Source of the DNA: Epiperipatus broadwayi
Lineage: Eukaryota > Animalia > Onychophora
Reading direction: 5' to 3'
Length of the DNA stretch: 64,000 nucleotides
Assembly (NCBI GenBank): GCA_028023455.1
Contig: JAQFVV010000005.1
Coordinates: forward strand, 11,842,001-11,906,000
How positions within the stretch are numbered: the first letter of the stretch is position 1; every line of letters starts with the position of its first letter. The position numbers and the translations under genes were made by a program. The notes beneath the pieces are model-generated. The model was not told the origin of the DNA. It made no database searches and was given only the letters and a program-made list of their open reading frames with translations. This document shows, one piece after another, positions 37,677 through 50,570 of the stretch.

Positions 37677-39527
37677 ATAACTGATAATCTATTGGGAACT
37701 GCAAGAAAGATAGCTGGAACAAAAAACCCATCAATTTACCAATAAATTTTTTACTGAGAGATGAAAATATAATGAAAAAAAGACAGAATATGAACATTTT
37801 TAAAAAAGATTTATTAAGAAAAATTGAATGTCTAATGTTTGATAAAATGATATGAAAAAGAGTGGTAAATAAAATATAATTATCAAGAAAAGCTATAAAA
37901 AAAAAATAAAAGTCTCAAAATTGTAAAACAACATATTGGTATTGGGAGAAATTATTTTTGTAATATAAAAAAAAGATGAAACTACTACTAACAAGAGGGA
38001 TGACATCATGAAAATGTGTGAAAGAATTCTATAAAGAATTATATAGTAATAAAGAGTAAGAAAACAAAGTATCTCTTACAGTCATTATGTCTTCTGAAAT
38101 GTCTAGCATTTTACATAAAGAAGTGAGACATGCAATTAAATCTAAGAAGGGAAGAGTTTCAGGAAATGATGGAATTATCACTGATATCTTAAAAGAAACA
38201 GGTGAAGTGATAAAAAAATTATTGGTAAAATTATTACCAAATGTCTAAATGATAAAAATGTACTAGATGATTGAAAAAATACAATAATAATTTTGATATT
38301 TAAGAAAGGTGCAAAAAATATTAGAAATTACAGACATTTCAGTCTTCTATATATAAAACTTTGGGTTCTAGTCAAAAAGAAACAAGTTGAACTTAAAAGT
38401 CATTTTAGCAAAGTAGATCACATCCAAGTATTGAAAAAACTTGTAAGATGGCTCAATGAATATAAGTTACCATTATGTTTTGGATTTATGGATTATGAAA
38501 AGGCATTTTGATGATTAAGCATTGGATATTGGGATATAGACTCAGGATTTTAAAATTCTAAGGAAATCCAAATGCAATAACAATGATTAGATTACATGGT
38601 AATATGAAGATTAACATTAAAAGAGTATGTGTTAGGATGATTTTATATATTCAAAACTTTTACAGCAATTTTGCAAAAACATAGTATTTAATGGATTTTT
38701 TTTCAGAAGAAAATAAAATTAATAATGATGAATTAGAAAAAGTTAACTTATTAACACAGACAGAAACATAATTAATGAAATTGATTATAGAATTAAATTT
38801 CCATGGAATAATTTTGTATATAAATAACTTAATATTAAAGGGAAATATGATTGCACTTAAAAAAGATACATGTTCTTACTTATTGACCTGAGAATAGGTC
38901 CATAACAGAAGAACAATTCAGGAACTTTGGACCATTCAACAAATTATGGAGAGATGTATATTAAGAGTAGCAAAAATAGATTGAAAATGAAATATATAAG
39001 TGAAACAAACAGTAGCTATCACTGTTATCATTAAAACAGTTATGAGATAGAAGTGGAACTGAGCTGCACATATTACTAAAATGGAAGATCATAGATGGAC
39101 AAGTAAAGTTTTAAATGGAGTCCCAAGGGATTGTAAAAAAGCCAAGAAAAAGATTATGTGAAGTATATGGCTAAAATAAGGAAGTTTTCTGATGTGTTGT
39201 GAAACAGAGAAGCTAGAGATTGGAGTAGGTGGATTAAACTTGGAAAGATTTTCATCCTGCAGTGGATTAATAATGGTTGAAAATGATGATGATAGAGTGC
39301 ATCTTTATTGCATCATTTGTCAATGTCTTGGAGAAAATAAATGATAAGACATAAAAATGATTGTACCAAAAATTTTTTTAAATAAATTATTATTGACTTA
39401 ATTATTATTGCATATATAATTTACAACTTTACTATTAGCTGTAAAGCAATTAAGATATTACAATGTAAAACCGTCCACATCTATTATTTGACAAATATCC
39501 ATATCTACATATATAATTTTGATATTA

Positions 39528-39783
39528 TATAATACTAAATTGCCCAAGCACTTTACCACTGTTAGATAATGCTTTATTTACCACTCTTTCTTACAGTTTA
39601 CAGTTTCGATTGCCCTAGCAATCTTCTTCAGAACTTTATATCTCCTAACCTCAACTGTTACAATCAAATTTTAAACTGTAAGAAAGGGTGGTAAATAAAG
39701 CACTGTGTAACAGTGGTAAAGTGCCTGGACAATTTAGTATTATATGGTATATATTTGGCAATGCAATAAGAAAGAGTAGTTAT
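39528..39783. mobile_element. Penelope-type fold-back insertion with hammerhead
   Basis: ~85-bp inverted arms at ~39528-39612 and 39661-39745, with a 38-nt tail on the right arm. 14-bp TSD TAATTTTGATATTA at 39514-39527 and 39784-39797. Confidence 0.8.
39592..39638 (-). ncRNA. Type I hammerhead ribozyme motif (PLE type)
   Basis: Minus strand: TAAAGTT-CTGAAGA-A-GATTGC TAGG GCAATC-GAA-ACTGT-A-AACTGTA. Perfect 6-bp stem II, GUA triplet, stem I 6 of 7 pairs. Confidence 0.8.
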
Positions 39784-40368
39784 TAATTTTGATATTACAT
39801 TAATTATATAATTTAGAAAAATCTATATTAATATTAAGTGGTATTACATTTTTAATAAAAAACTTTTTTAGTAATTAATTTACTGTTTTTAAGAATACAT
39901 TTTAAATTGACTTTTGAGAAAATTCTATTCTTCAATACATCTTTGAAAATTCAAATACTGTATTTATGAGACTAGTGTCACCTTAATATTTAATTACAAG
40001 TTTGCATATTGAAAATGAAAAAGAACTTTTGTTATAATAAATGTGTAGTAAAAGTAAAAAAAAGTTGGGGGGAGGGGTAACCTTCTCTAAGAATAGTACT
40101 AATATTAAAAAAACATTAATTCTGAATTTTAAAAACTAAAATAGAATTGAAATGTGATTTGTCTAGTGGATTTTTCCTATTTTCAAAATTCTTCTTTCAC
40201 ATATAAGCATTTGAGTATTAATAAATTGCAATATTTTAATTACATTATGCATTTTTAAAAAAATCTCTTGAGTTAATATTCATTTATTAATATTTATAGT
40301 CAACTTATTACTTATAAAAAATCTTCTTATACTAGTTCATATTTATTTTTATACTTAACTTGAAGAAG

Positions 40369-41547
40369 CAAAACTCTCCATACAGTAGCACCACTCAGTG
40401 CAAACCAGAGTAATCAGTGGATGTAGGAAGGTTTGTGCTTAAAATCCCTATCTAGTGCCTATTCATCCAATATCCCCAGACTAGTTTGTAACTTGTGGCT
40501 TTCATCAGTGAGGAGTTCTGGATCTGAGAGCACTGCACCTAGATCTTAGGATCTAATGGAACCTTCCAGCAGCCATCTTTTACTTTTTTAGCTAACTATA
40601 AAACTTTATGAGTCCAAAATGAAACCACAATAATGTTTCCAAGCTAAGCTCATCAGCTTTGAACTCAGTTCAGCATCCATACTTTTTGGTATTTTTGGTT
40701 CTTTAATAACTATAGTTACCATAATCCTATTAAGCAGGATTGGTGTTTAGCCATCAAACATCACATGATCACCATTATTTAGGCTTACACAATAAGTTTT
40801 TCACAGATGCAAAACTCTTCATACAGTAGTACCACTCAGTGCAAACCAGAGTAATCAGTGAATGCAGGAAGGTTTGTGTATCAAATCCCTATCTAGTGCC
40901 TATTCATCTAATATCCCCAGACTAGTTTCTAGTTTGTGGTTTTATCAGTGAGGAGCCCTGGATCTGAGAGCATTGCACCTAGATCTTGGGATTTAATGCA
41001 CTGAGTGGCACTACTATATAGAGAGTTTTGCCTCTGTGAAAAACAGATTGTGTAAGCCTAAAGAATGGCAACTATGTGATGTTTGATGGTTTAATACCAA
41101 TCCTGCCCAATAGGTTTATGGTGACTATGGTTATTAAAGAACCAAAGACACCAAAAAGCATAGATGCTGAAGTGAGTTCAGATCTATACAATTATTCAAG
41201 CTGATGAGCTTAGCTAATTTGAAAACATAGTGTTTTCATTTTGGACTCAAAGCTTTCTAGTTAGCTAAAAAAGTAAAAGGTGGTTGCTGGAGGGTTGCAT
41301 TAAATCCTAAGATCTAGGTGCAGTGCTCTCAGATCCAAGGCTCCTCACTGACGAAAGCCACAAGCTAGAAACTAGTCAGGAGATATTGGATGAGTAGGTA
41401 CTAGATAAGGATTTTATGCACCAACCTTCCTGCATCCTTTGATTACTCTGGTTTGCATTGAGTGGTGCTACTGTATGAAGAGTTTTGCCTCTGTGAAAAA
41501 CAGATTGTGTAAGCCTAAAAAATGGTGATCATGTGATATTTGATGGT
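40369..41547. mobile_element. 441-bp hammerhead family, tandem plus inverted array with three HHR motifs
   Basis: Minus-sense tandem 40369-41000 with HHR cores 441 bp apart (GACTAGT at 40479 and 40920). Plus-sense tandem 41001-41547 with an HHR at 41342-41383. Decayed 14-bp TSD (12/14) at 40355-40368 and 41548-41561. Confidence 0.88.
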
Positions 41548-42457
41548 TTAATTTGCAGAAGACTTGAGAAATATTATTTAATCATTCACTTCTCTTTAAG
41601 GTTAATAGACATTTCATATTAAAAACATGTGTGAATAACATATAATAGATAAGTAGATAATAAGTTCATTTTCACAGAATTATTAGCTAACATTCATCCT
41701 ATTTCTTAAATGGACTATAAATTCTGAAACAGTTTTTAATAACTTTCCAAGAGCAAAAATTGATATCTGTATCACATAAAAGTCTATGCTCTTTATGATT
41801 AATTATTAAAATTAAATAAGACTTTTCTTTCATATCAAACATACAAATACTATTAAAAAAAAATTCCTTACAACTTCTTAATGTTACTCTTCAGTCTGAA
41901 CAATATTCTCTCTGCCATAGTCTCCTGATTATTGGCACATCTGTTGAATAATTCATATTGTTGCCACTCATCATAGTTTCTAGTTTGTTTTTTATTTAGC
42001 ACTGATAATGAATATCTGCGGGTCTCCATTTTAAAATGACTCAAAACAAACTTTTTAAATGATTAATAATTTTATAGATTATTTTTAACACTTTACTAAC
42101 CAAATAAAAATATTAGGTAATCAATAAGTACCAAATATTTAAAAACAATTATAATTTAAACTATTTGATTGATTGGAAATAAAAATTTTAATAGATAATT
42201 ATTAATTTTCTCAATCATCTCCTTTATTTATAACTTTAATTAACCTTAATCTGATTGGTTAATTCAATCTCAGACTGGAAAAATTGACATACAAACTAAT
42301 TTTTTTTCTGGTTTTATTTTTTCTTAAAATAATTTATTTAATAATTCTTATTAAATAATTTATTTGACACTTTACTTAAATATTATATTTAAATATATTT
42401 TTAATATTAAAACATTTTTATTAACTTAAATTTGAAATATAAAACTATTGTTTAAAC

Positions 42458-45354
42458 CAGCGTTTCTTAAACTGTGTTTGTGACCCCAAATGGGGTTGCA
42501 AAGCGAAAAGTTGGGGTCGCGAAAATTTAATTCAGATACATGAATTTAAAGAAATATTAGTCACAATCCCTTCATTATTTTTAATTTAATATAATACGTT
42601 TTCTATACAGTGCAATTACAAAAACATAATGATGGCCAAATTGAGCTGTAAATTATATTTACATATTGAAAAATAACACTAAATGTATCATAATAGTGGT
42701 GTCGTATTGCAATTTCAGCATATAAGTTATTTCAGAATCAAAATATATGCTGCAGTGGTGAGAATAAGGTTGGCGCCACTGTGATTATATAATGCATTTC
42801 CGGTCAAGTTATTTGTTTCAGTTTCATTTCAACAAGTGTCCACATCACAAGAACAATACAATATTGTATTTTACTGTTTTACTCGACTAAGGTTAATATT
42901 TATTTGAATAAATATTATGAAAGATGTTATTTTTTATATATAAAAATGCTTGTATACTTTTTTATTCAAAATTTATCATCCTAGTAGTTATTATAAAAAT
43001 TTATTTTATATTTGAAACTTATTGTCATTTATTTATTAACAAGTAAAAACATATTCCTATTTTTTAAACTTAACAGGTAATTTATAATTGATTTATTGAT
43101 ATTTTTTAAATATTAAAAAATAAAACATATGGGGATATTAAAAAATAGAACATACAGGAGTAAATATGCTTCGTATAATTAAACAAAAAACACGGCTGCC
43201 ACTTGGTGTCTCTGCTAACTAATAAGTACTGTTATTTTATTTATATTTTAGGATAAAAATACTTTTTACCCATGGATAAATGGTTGAACTTGAGTACCAA
43301 AGGTAATGATGCAGATGGCAATGCTACAAAGTCTCTTCAAGCAGGATCTCATAATCAGAAAGAGGCATCTAAGATGCGAAAAAGAAAATATGATGAGACA
43401 TTTCTCCAATTTGGCTTTACTTTCAACAACTGTGATGGTAATGAACAACCTCTTTGTTTAATTTGCAATAATGTTTTGTCTATGGAGAGTATGAAACCAT
43501 CAAAATTAAAAAACTCATTTTGAATCCAAGCATCCTTCATATGTCAATAAACCAAAAGAATATTTCGAACGACTGTTAAAAACTTCAAATAAAGAAAAAC
43601 AATATTTTGAGAAATTTATAACTGTTAATGAAAAATATTTACTCGCATCATATGAAGTTTCATATCTGATTGCTAAAAATAAAAAGCCATACACCATTGG
43701 AGAAGATCTTATATTACCTGCTGCTATTAAAATGGTAGAAATACTTCACGGAAGTAAATATGGTGATGAAATTTGGAAAATTCCTTTGTCAAATGACACT
43801 GTCACTAATAGAATTTCTGAAATTAGCAATGACCAATTTGAGCAACTTATTACTAGACTTAAAGAAAGCCCAATATTTACAATTCAGTTGGACGAAACAA
43901 CTGATATTTCAAAAATAGCTCAATTATTAGTATATGTCAGATACATTTATAAAGAAAACATTGAGGAAGAATTGTTATTTTGTCGTTCTTTGGAAGAACA
44001 TACAAGAGGGGAAGACATATATAATAAAGTAGACAAATTTTTTAAAACTGAAGGTTTAGAATGGAAAAATTGCTTTGGAGTATGCACAGATGGTGCAAAA
44101 GCAATGACTGGTGAAAATATTGGTTTTAAATCATTTGTTAAAGCTTCTGGTAATAATCATGTAACTTTTACACACTGCCTGATCCATCGAGAGGCCCTTG
44201 CAGCAAAAAAATTAGCAATGGAATTGAACGATGTGCTTCAGGATGCTGTCAAAATTATAAACTTTATTAAAAGCTGTGCCCTTAACAGCCATTTATTTTC
44301 AAATCTTTGTAAAGACATGGACTCTGAATACAAAAATTTATTATTACATGCAGAAGTAAGATGGATGTCAAGAGGGCGAAGTTTAAGAAGATTATTGTTA
44401 TTAAAAGAAGAAATTATTGTATTTTTAACTGAACAAAAATCTGATCTTGCTGCTCTTTTTCAAAATGACTTATGGCTATCAAAGCTGTGCTATTTGTCTG
44501 ATATTTTTGAGAAGCTAAATGATCTTAACTTGTCTCTTCAAGGAAAAAATAGCAATATTTTTACTTCGAATGATAAAATTGAAGGTTTTATTAAAAAGAT
44601 CAACATTTGGAAGAATAGGGTGGAAAATGATTCATTGGAAATGTTTTTGACTATCGACACAATTTTATAATTGAAAAAAATAATTGTAAAACTTTAATTG
44701 CAAAAATTATTATAGATCACTTAAAAACCCTAGAAACACAGTTTTGCAAATACTTTATATCGAATTTAGATTTCAAAAAGTTATCTTGGATTCAAAGACC
44801 ATTTTTGATTGACATTAATGAGATTAATCACCTGCCATATAAAGCCCAAGAGGAATTTGCTGAGCTATTGAGTGACTCAAACTTAAAACTTGACTTTCCA
44901 CAAAAATTCTTGACTGAATTCTGGATCGGAGCTAGGACTGAATTTCCCACAATTTCTGAAATGGCATTAAATGTTCTTCTGCCATTCAGCACCACATACT
45001 TATGTGAAATGACTTTTTCAGCTTTAATGTATATTAAATCCAAATATCGTTCAACACTGAAAAACATTAAAGATGCTTTACGTCCAGCAGTATCAAATTT
45101 TTCCCCAAGATTTAATTTGTTATGGAGCAAAAAAACAAGCACATCCGTCTCATTAAAAGGTGATTTTCTTTCATTAATTTTTGTATACTTAAAACAAATC
45201 CCAAAATTACTTATTTTCATATATATATTGTTTATGAAAGAAATAAATTATTTATGGGAATATTTATTTCTATATTTTATATTTAATATCTGGGGTCATG
45301 AAAAAATCTCGATGATAAAAAGGGTCATGAATGAAAAAAGTATAAGAAGCGCTG
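42458..45354 (+). mobile_element. hAT (Buster/Charlie-type) DNA transposon
   Basis: TIRs CAGCGTTTCTTAAACT / AGTATAAGAAGCGCTG. Both flanks fit nnnTAnnn but are not identical. Confidence 0.9.
43272..45157 (+). pseudogene. Buster-type transposase (ZBED8/ZBED5-like), frameshifted
   Basis: BED finger KYDETFLQFGF...PLCLIC...MKPSKLK, IQLDETTD, VCTDGAKAM, HCLIHREAL, LHAEVRWMSRG, YLSDIFEKLN, LLPFSTTYLCEMTFS. Split across at least four ORF pieces. Confidence 0.92.
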
Positions 45355-48199
45355 AGTTATATAATTTTAATTCTTGTTTGCATAATTTAAAAATTACCCA
45401 GGTGCTATTTGAATATATTTTATTTTGTATAAATTTTACAAAGCCACTTTATAATATCTTCTCCCCCTTATTTTGTAACCATTGCTAATACTTTATATCA
45501 ATCTTAAAATCACAACTACTGTATATCAATCTTAAAATCACAACTACTGCACTGGATAAGTTTTTGTGTTGTATTTTTTTAAATTATATTTTACAGCATT
45601 CTTGTAATTGCATGAATTTTAAGAAAATGATTTTTTTTTATGTGTAAAATTTATCTTTCTTTTAAAATTGTGTGTGAGAGCAATTTAGATAATACACTGT
45701 TTGATAGTATTTTTAATTTTGTATTTTAAAGTTGCATTCAATAGGCTATTTTTTTTTTTAATTTCTATTTTAGAGCTAATTTATCTATATATGATATAAA
45801 TGAAACTTTTTCATTTTTTATGAAAATAAATTAACATATTATATGCATTGAAAATATTAAATTAAGTAGTTAATTATATTAGTTAATTTAGACAGTCTTA
45901 TTAAGGATGATAGCAAGAATTTTATTCCAAACCTAATTATAATGAAGATTAAAATTTAAATCCATCTAATCCAAGTGAATTAAATAATGATATTATTAAA
46001 AAAAATAGAATTGATACTATGGGTAAAATTTTTTTTTTTTTTTACTTGAATACTTTCACCATCATTGTTAAAGCTATTTTAATGATCTATGGAAAAAGGT
46101 TTGTTTTAAATTGATCAATTTTCAACAATCTACAAACCTTATAGCCTTATATAAAACTCATACTTTGTCCACAATATGAAATATTATTATCAACTTCATT
46201 TATCTCTAAATTTATTATTTTGATCAATTGAATTCAATATAAATTGCTTTTCCACATCTTTTTAAATCTATTTACAAAATCCCTAGGAGAGTGATAATAG
46301 GAAATATTAATACATAGCACAGACATCAACAAAATTACTTTTTTTTTCTTTATTACATTCCACTTTTATATTACTTCATTCAATTTGTATAGTCTTTACA
46401 TATTTTCAGCAGATATTATCATTTAAAATTTACAATTTTACAAAGGATTTATATATATATAACTAATTTGTCCAATGCATGTTTCATTTGTAATAGGCTT
46501 AAGGGAGTCACCTTGACACAGGCATTGTAGGAATTTATAAAACTGAGAAATTAAGTGATTAAGACTTTCACATTCCCATTTCTAAATGTTTTAGATTGGC
46601 CTATATTTATAAATTTAGGTAAAAAAGATAAGATGGATTCATTCTTATCTTTTCCAAGCCTCTATCTTGTGTTTAGAGTGAGTGCATTCCTTAACTTTAC
46701 AAATTCATACAGCTCATGTGTTGAAATGATGCCCTTATGACAATTACAAAGTTGTTTTTTAAAAATATAGTAATATGATTTATATGTCATTTTTATTGGT
46801 AATTTTTACTTTAATTCAATTGCTTTTTGATATTAATTTTAACTCAAGTAATATTAAGTCACAACATCTAATTTTTCCCACCTCCAAGAATGAGACTGTC
46901 TTGAAAACTAAATTGCACTTGTTGTAATGGTTAATAATGATTTTGATTTCATTATTTATTTAAATGTTAATTGCCAATTCAGGCTTTTCATGCAGAAAGC
47001 TTCATTAACTCTTTGAAATTATCTAGAAAGAATATAGTTTTTGAAATAATATAATGATTAAATAATTAAACAATTACTTGAGATCTTTAAAGAAATAATT
47101 GAAAGAATTGGCAAATATCCTATAGCTTCCACTGCAGTGTCTGCAGGTGTCACAGCTTTCATCATCAAATAGTGACAATGAAAACATTCAACTTAAGATG
47201 TTTTAGAACTAGAATTTTTCAGTTGAGAATTATTACCAACTTGTATAATAAAATAAATAAATAAATATAATTGATGCTAAAAAAAAAAGGTCTATTTAAG
47301 CAATAGTTTGTAAATGTTTTTCTCATGCTTGATTTGATATAAAACTGAATTCATCTAATAATTTAAAAAAAAAAGTAATCTATATTAACACTTATAAACA
47401 TGGTTTTATGTGATTTAGTCTGCTTAGTGCAAGGTGGAAGATGGATTCAAGAGCTAAATATTTCTGGAAAAAAGTTCAATTCTGTTACTTGCAATGCTCA
47501 AACATCATATGATCTTCTGAACAACAAACCATTCAATTATTAATAATATTATTATTTATATTAGTTATAAAAATGATCTGGAAACAGAGATTCTCTTACC
47601 CATGCATAATCAAGACAATAACATATGCTTTTAAAATTATAATTAAAATAGCACAATAACTTCCATGAGTGCAAGAAAATTACTAAAAGTTTCAATTTTT
47701 CAGACTCTAGCATGTTCAATAACTAATAAAGAGAAATCCAGAAACCACAAGTGACCTCTTTATTATTGATTATTAAGAATTTCAAAATAAAATCCTTATT
47801 TTGATCTTGTATAAGATATTTAAAGACATTAAAAAAACTATAATATTTGAAAAAGTTTAATATTTCTTTTGTAAAACAAGAGAAGATATACAAGCAACAA
47901 ATTGGAAGAACATAATCATGTAATCAAAACATCAAAAAGTTTCTAAATTTAGTTAGAAATTTATGAGAAATATTCATAGGATCCCTAGAAAATAGCATCA
48001 AGCACCTAATCTAATTGTGGAAACTCTTACATGTATAATCCTAAACACCAAATAATTATATCTAAAGAGTTAAATATAATATAAACAATGTCAATTATTT
48101 GTATATGCTTATTTTATATTCATGTATGTCCAAATAATTTATATATAATAAATATGCATTACATAAAATTATATAAATTTACATAATTGTTTCAGCCAT

Positions 48200-48480
48200 T
48201 TTAATGGACGATTAAACAGCTTTCAAATAGCTTAACAAAGGCCTTTCCATTAGTCTCACAAAAGAACAGTGAAAGAGAGGCATTGCTCACAAGATTTTCC
48301 GATTACTTAATGATAAATATTTATTAATTAATACTACATGAAAATAATAACAACAGATTATGAAATTCACCAGATTAAAGCAATATAATAATACGAGCAG
48401 CTCTCAACTCTGGTGCTACTTAGCATATGTTTAAGGAATCAGTAATTACCAGATGCAGATAAAATTCCTGTCCTTAATAT
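48200..48480 (+). mobile_element. Possible Ty1/copia gag-protease relic
   Basis: NSGAT*HMF at ~48405-48435 resembles the copia protease motif DSGATxHM. Little other support. Confidence 0.25.
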
Positions 48481-48734
48481 TTAATTTTCAATCTCAGATC
48501 ATTTTCTAACTTTGAATCATAAGCCTCAATGATAAAAGCAAAAGCCAGAAATTAAAAAGAGAATGGAAACTTAAATACTAAGGTTATGGATCACTGATTA
48601 CTTAAGCTTAAACTAGATGGCAGTAGAGTTGTGAGCTGTTTTTGTCTTAGTAATGGATGGTTAAATGAATTGGTTATTAGTTATCTACCTAAAATAAAAA
48701 TCCTAAACTGATCAGAACTTGAAAAAAATTCCAA

Positions 48735-48805
48735 GCTTACCTGGTTTAGATTCGAACACAGGTTGTGGTATATTGCATGTGAATGTGCCAACATTATGTC
48801 ATCTT
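48735..48805 (-). mobile_element. Possible decayed tRNA-derived SINE head
   Basis: Minus-strand B-box GTTCGAATC with a weak upstream A-box-like sequence. Confidence 0.25.
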
Positions 48806-48916
48806 AAATAAACACATATATATATATCAAAGTTTTATAATTCATACTTGATGACAATTTCTAAATTATATTCTTTTAAAATTGGAAATTATGATAAAGT
48901 TTATGTTGCTATAGAT

Positions 48917-49800
48917 CAGGGGTAGGGAATCTGTGGCCTTAAGGTCGCATGTGGACTTTTTGAATCTCTTATGCGGCTTTACCCATAATTTAAAATTTTG
49001 ACTAAAGTTTTAACTTTACAAGAACAAATTTTAACATTTTACAATAAATAAGAAAAACCATGCAAATTATCAGATAAAGAATTTTGTAGAAACGCTGTAT
49101 TTCTGTCTGATATTATGGCAAAGCAAAATGATTTAAATATTTCCCTGCAAGGTAAAACTAAACATATATATAATACATGGCAAAAATTCATGCATTTCAA
49201 AAAAAGTTAACATTTTACAAAACTTTATTATCTCACTCAGATGTATCTGAAGAACACTTCCTAAAATTATCAAAAATCTTAAACAAGCAGAAATATGAAC
49301 CTGAAAACTTTAATAATTATATAGCTGTCTTGGAATTCCTTAATTGAAGAATACGTAGAAAGATTTTCAGATTTTGAAGATCTTACTTTTGTAATGAAAT
49401 TAGTTTTTCAACCATACTTGATTGATATCTCAAAAGCACCTACAGAACTACAAATGGAATTGAGTTGGGAGAAGATAATATGAAATCTCTTTTTGATAGC
49501 AAAAAAAATAAATCCCATTAAAATATGCAATTGGAATACCCATACTTACATCAACATGCACACCATTTGCTTTCCTGCTTTAGAACCTATTATTGCAAAT
49601 CAACATTTTCATATATGATACAAATTAAAACCATTTAAGGTCACAGATAACTGATGCTCATTTAGAAGATTAACTTAAGCTATGAGTCGTGAAGCTAGAA
49701 CCAAATATTCAATTACTTGCAAGCAAGAAACAAATGCAAAAGTCTTATTAACTTATATTATTTTATAAATCTAAAATAAAACAATTGATTTCAATTACCT
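48917..49800 (+). mobile_element. Internally deleted hAT (Charlie/Buster-type) derivative
   Basis: Left end CAGGGGTAGGGAATCTGTGGCC after CTATAGAT (nnnTAnnn). C-terminal transposase remnant EYPYLHQHA...TYYCKSTFSYMIQIK...TDAHLED...QMQKSY*. Right TIR not found. Confidence 0.65.
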
Positions 49801-49977
49801 AAATTTTTCATGTATTTATGTGCAATTCACACAGAAATATTACTTTTTTTGTACTTTTGTTTATTATACAATAAATCCATAAAAATATAACAAATGATCA
49901 TTTAAATGGAGGTGTGAAAGTTATTATTTATTAACCTACTACTTAGCATTTATTTTAGTTTACTATGAATATTAGTG

Positions 49978-50570
49978 TAATGCATATGCGCTTTACAGAT
50001 AACTATACGTAAATAATACTAACATTCTCAAACACAAGATAAAGTCTTTAGAAAAGGTAGAATGAATCCATCTAACTTTTCAACCCAAACGTTTAAATAT
50101 GGGCAAATCTTAAGTGTTTGGATATGAGAGTGTGACAATATTTAAAAGTCACTTTAATTACTTTAATATGCTTGGATGAATGACGCTTGCGAAATTATTT
50201 AAAATTTACTATACGTCATTCTTGATTGAAATTAAACATATATATAATTAAGTATTTATTTATACAGCGCTATGTTGATAAATTGTAAATGTAAATTAGT
50301 GATCAGGCTAATGCACATATGCTTTACAGATAACTATACGTAAATAATACTAACATTCTCAAACACAAGATAAAGTCTTTAGAAAAGGTAGAATGAATCC
50401 ATCTAACTTTTCAACCCAAACGTTTAAATATGGGCAAATCTTAAGTGTTTGGATATGAGAGTGTGACAATATTTAACAGTCACTTTAATTACTTTAATAT
50501 GCTTGGATGAATGACACTTGCGAAATTATTTAAAATTTACTATACATCATTCTTGATTGAAATTATATAT
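49978..50570 (-). repeat. Tandem dimer of a 331-bp unit (family shared with 21877 and 36694)
   Basis: CAGATAACTATACG at 49996 and 50327. The two units are nearly identical over ~265 bp. Confidence 0.85.

Larger units (their letters stand above)
37050..39293 (+). mobile_element. Decayed, 5'-truncated RTE copy
   Basis: Colinear with the intact RTE. ORF fragment NIRNYRHFSLL...LCFGFMDYEKAF, and tail CATCCTGCAGTGGATTAATAATGGTTG...GATGATGAT. Confidence 0.92.

Noticed and set aside
45494-45549. 28-bp tandem duplication beside the hAT end
   Set aside because: Simple local duplication outside the TIR with no further structure.
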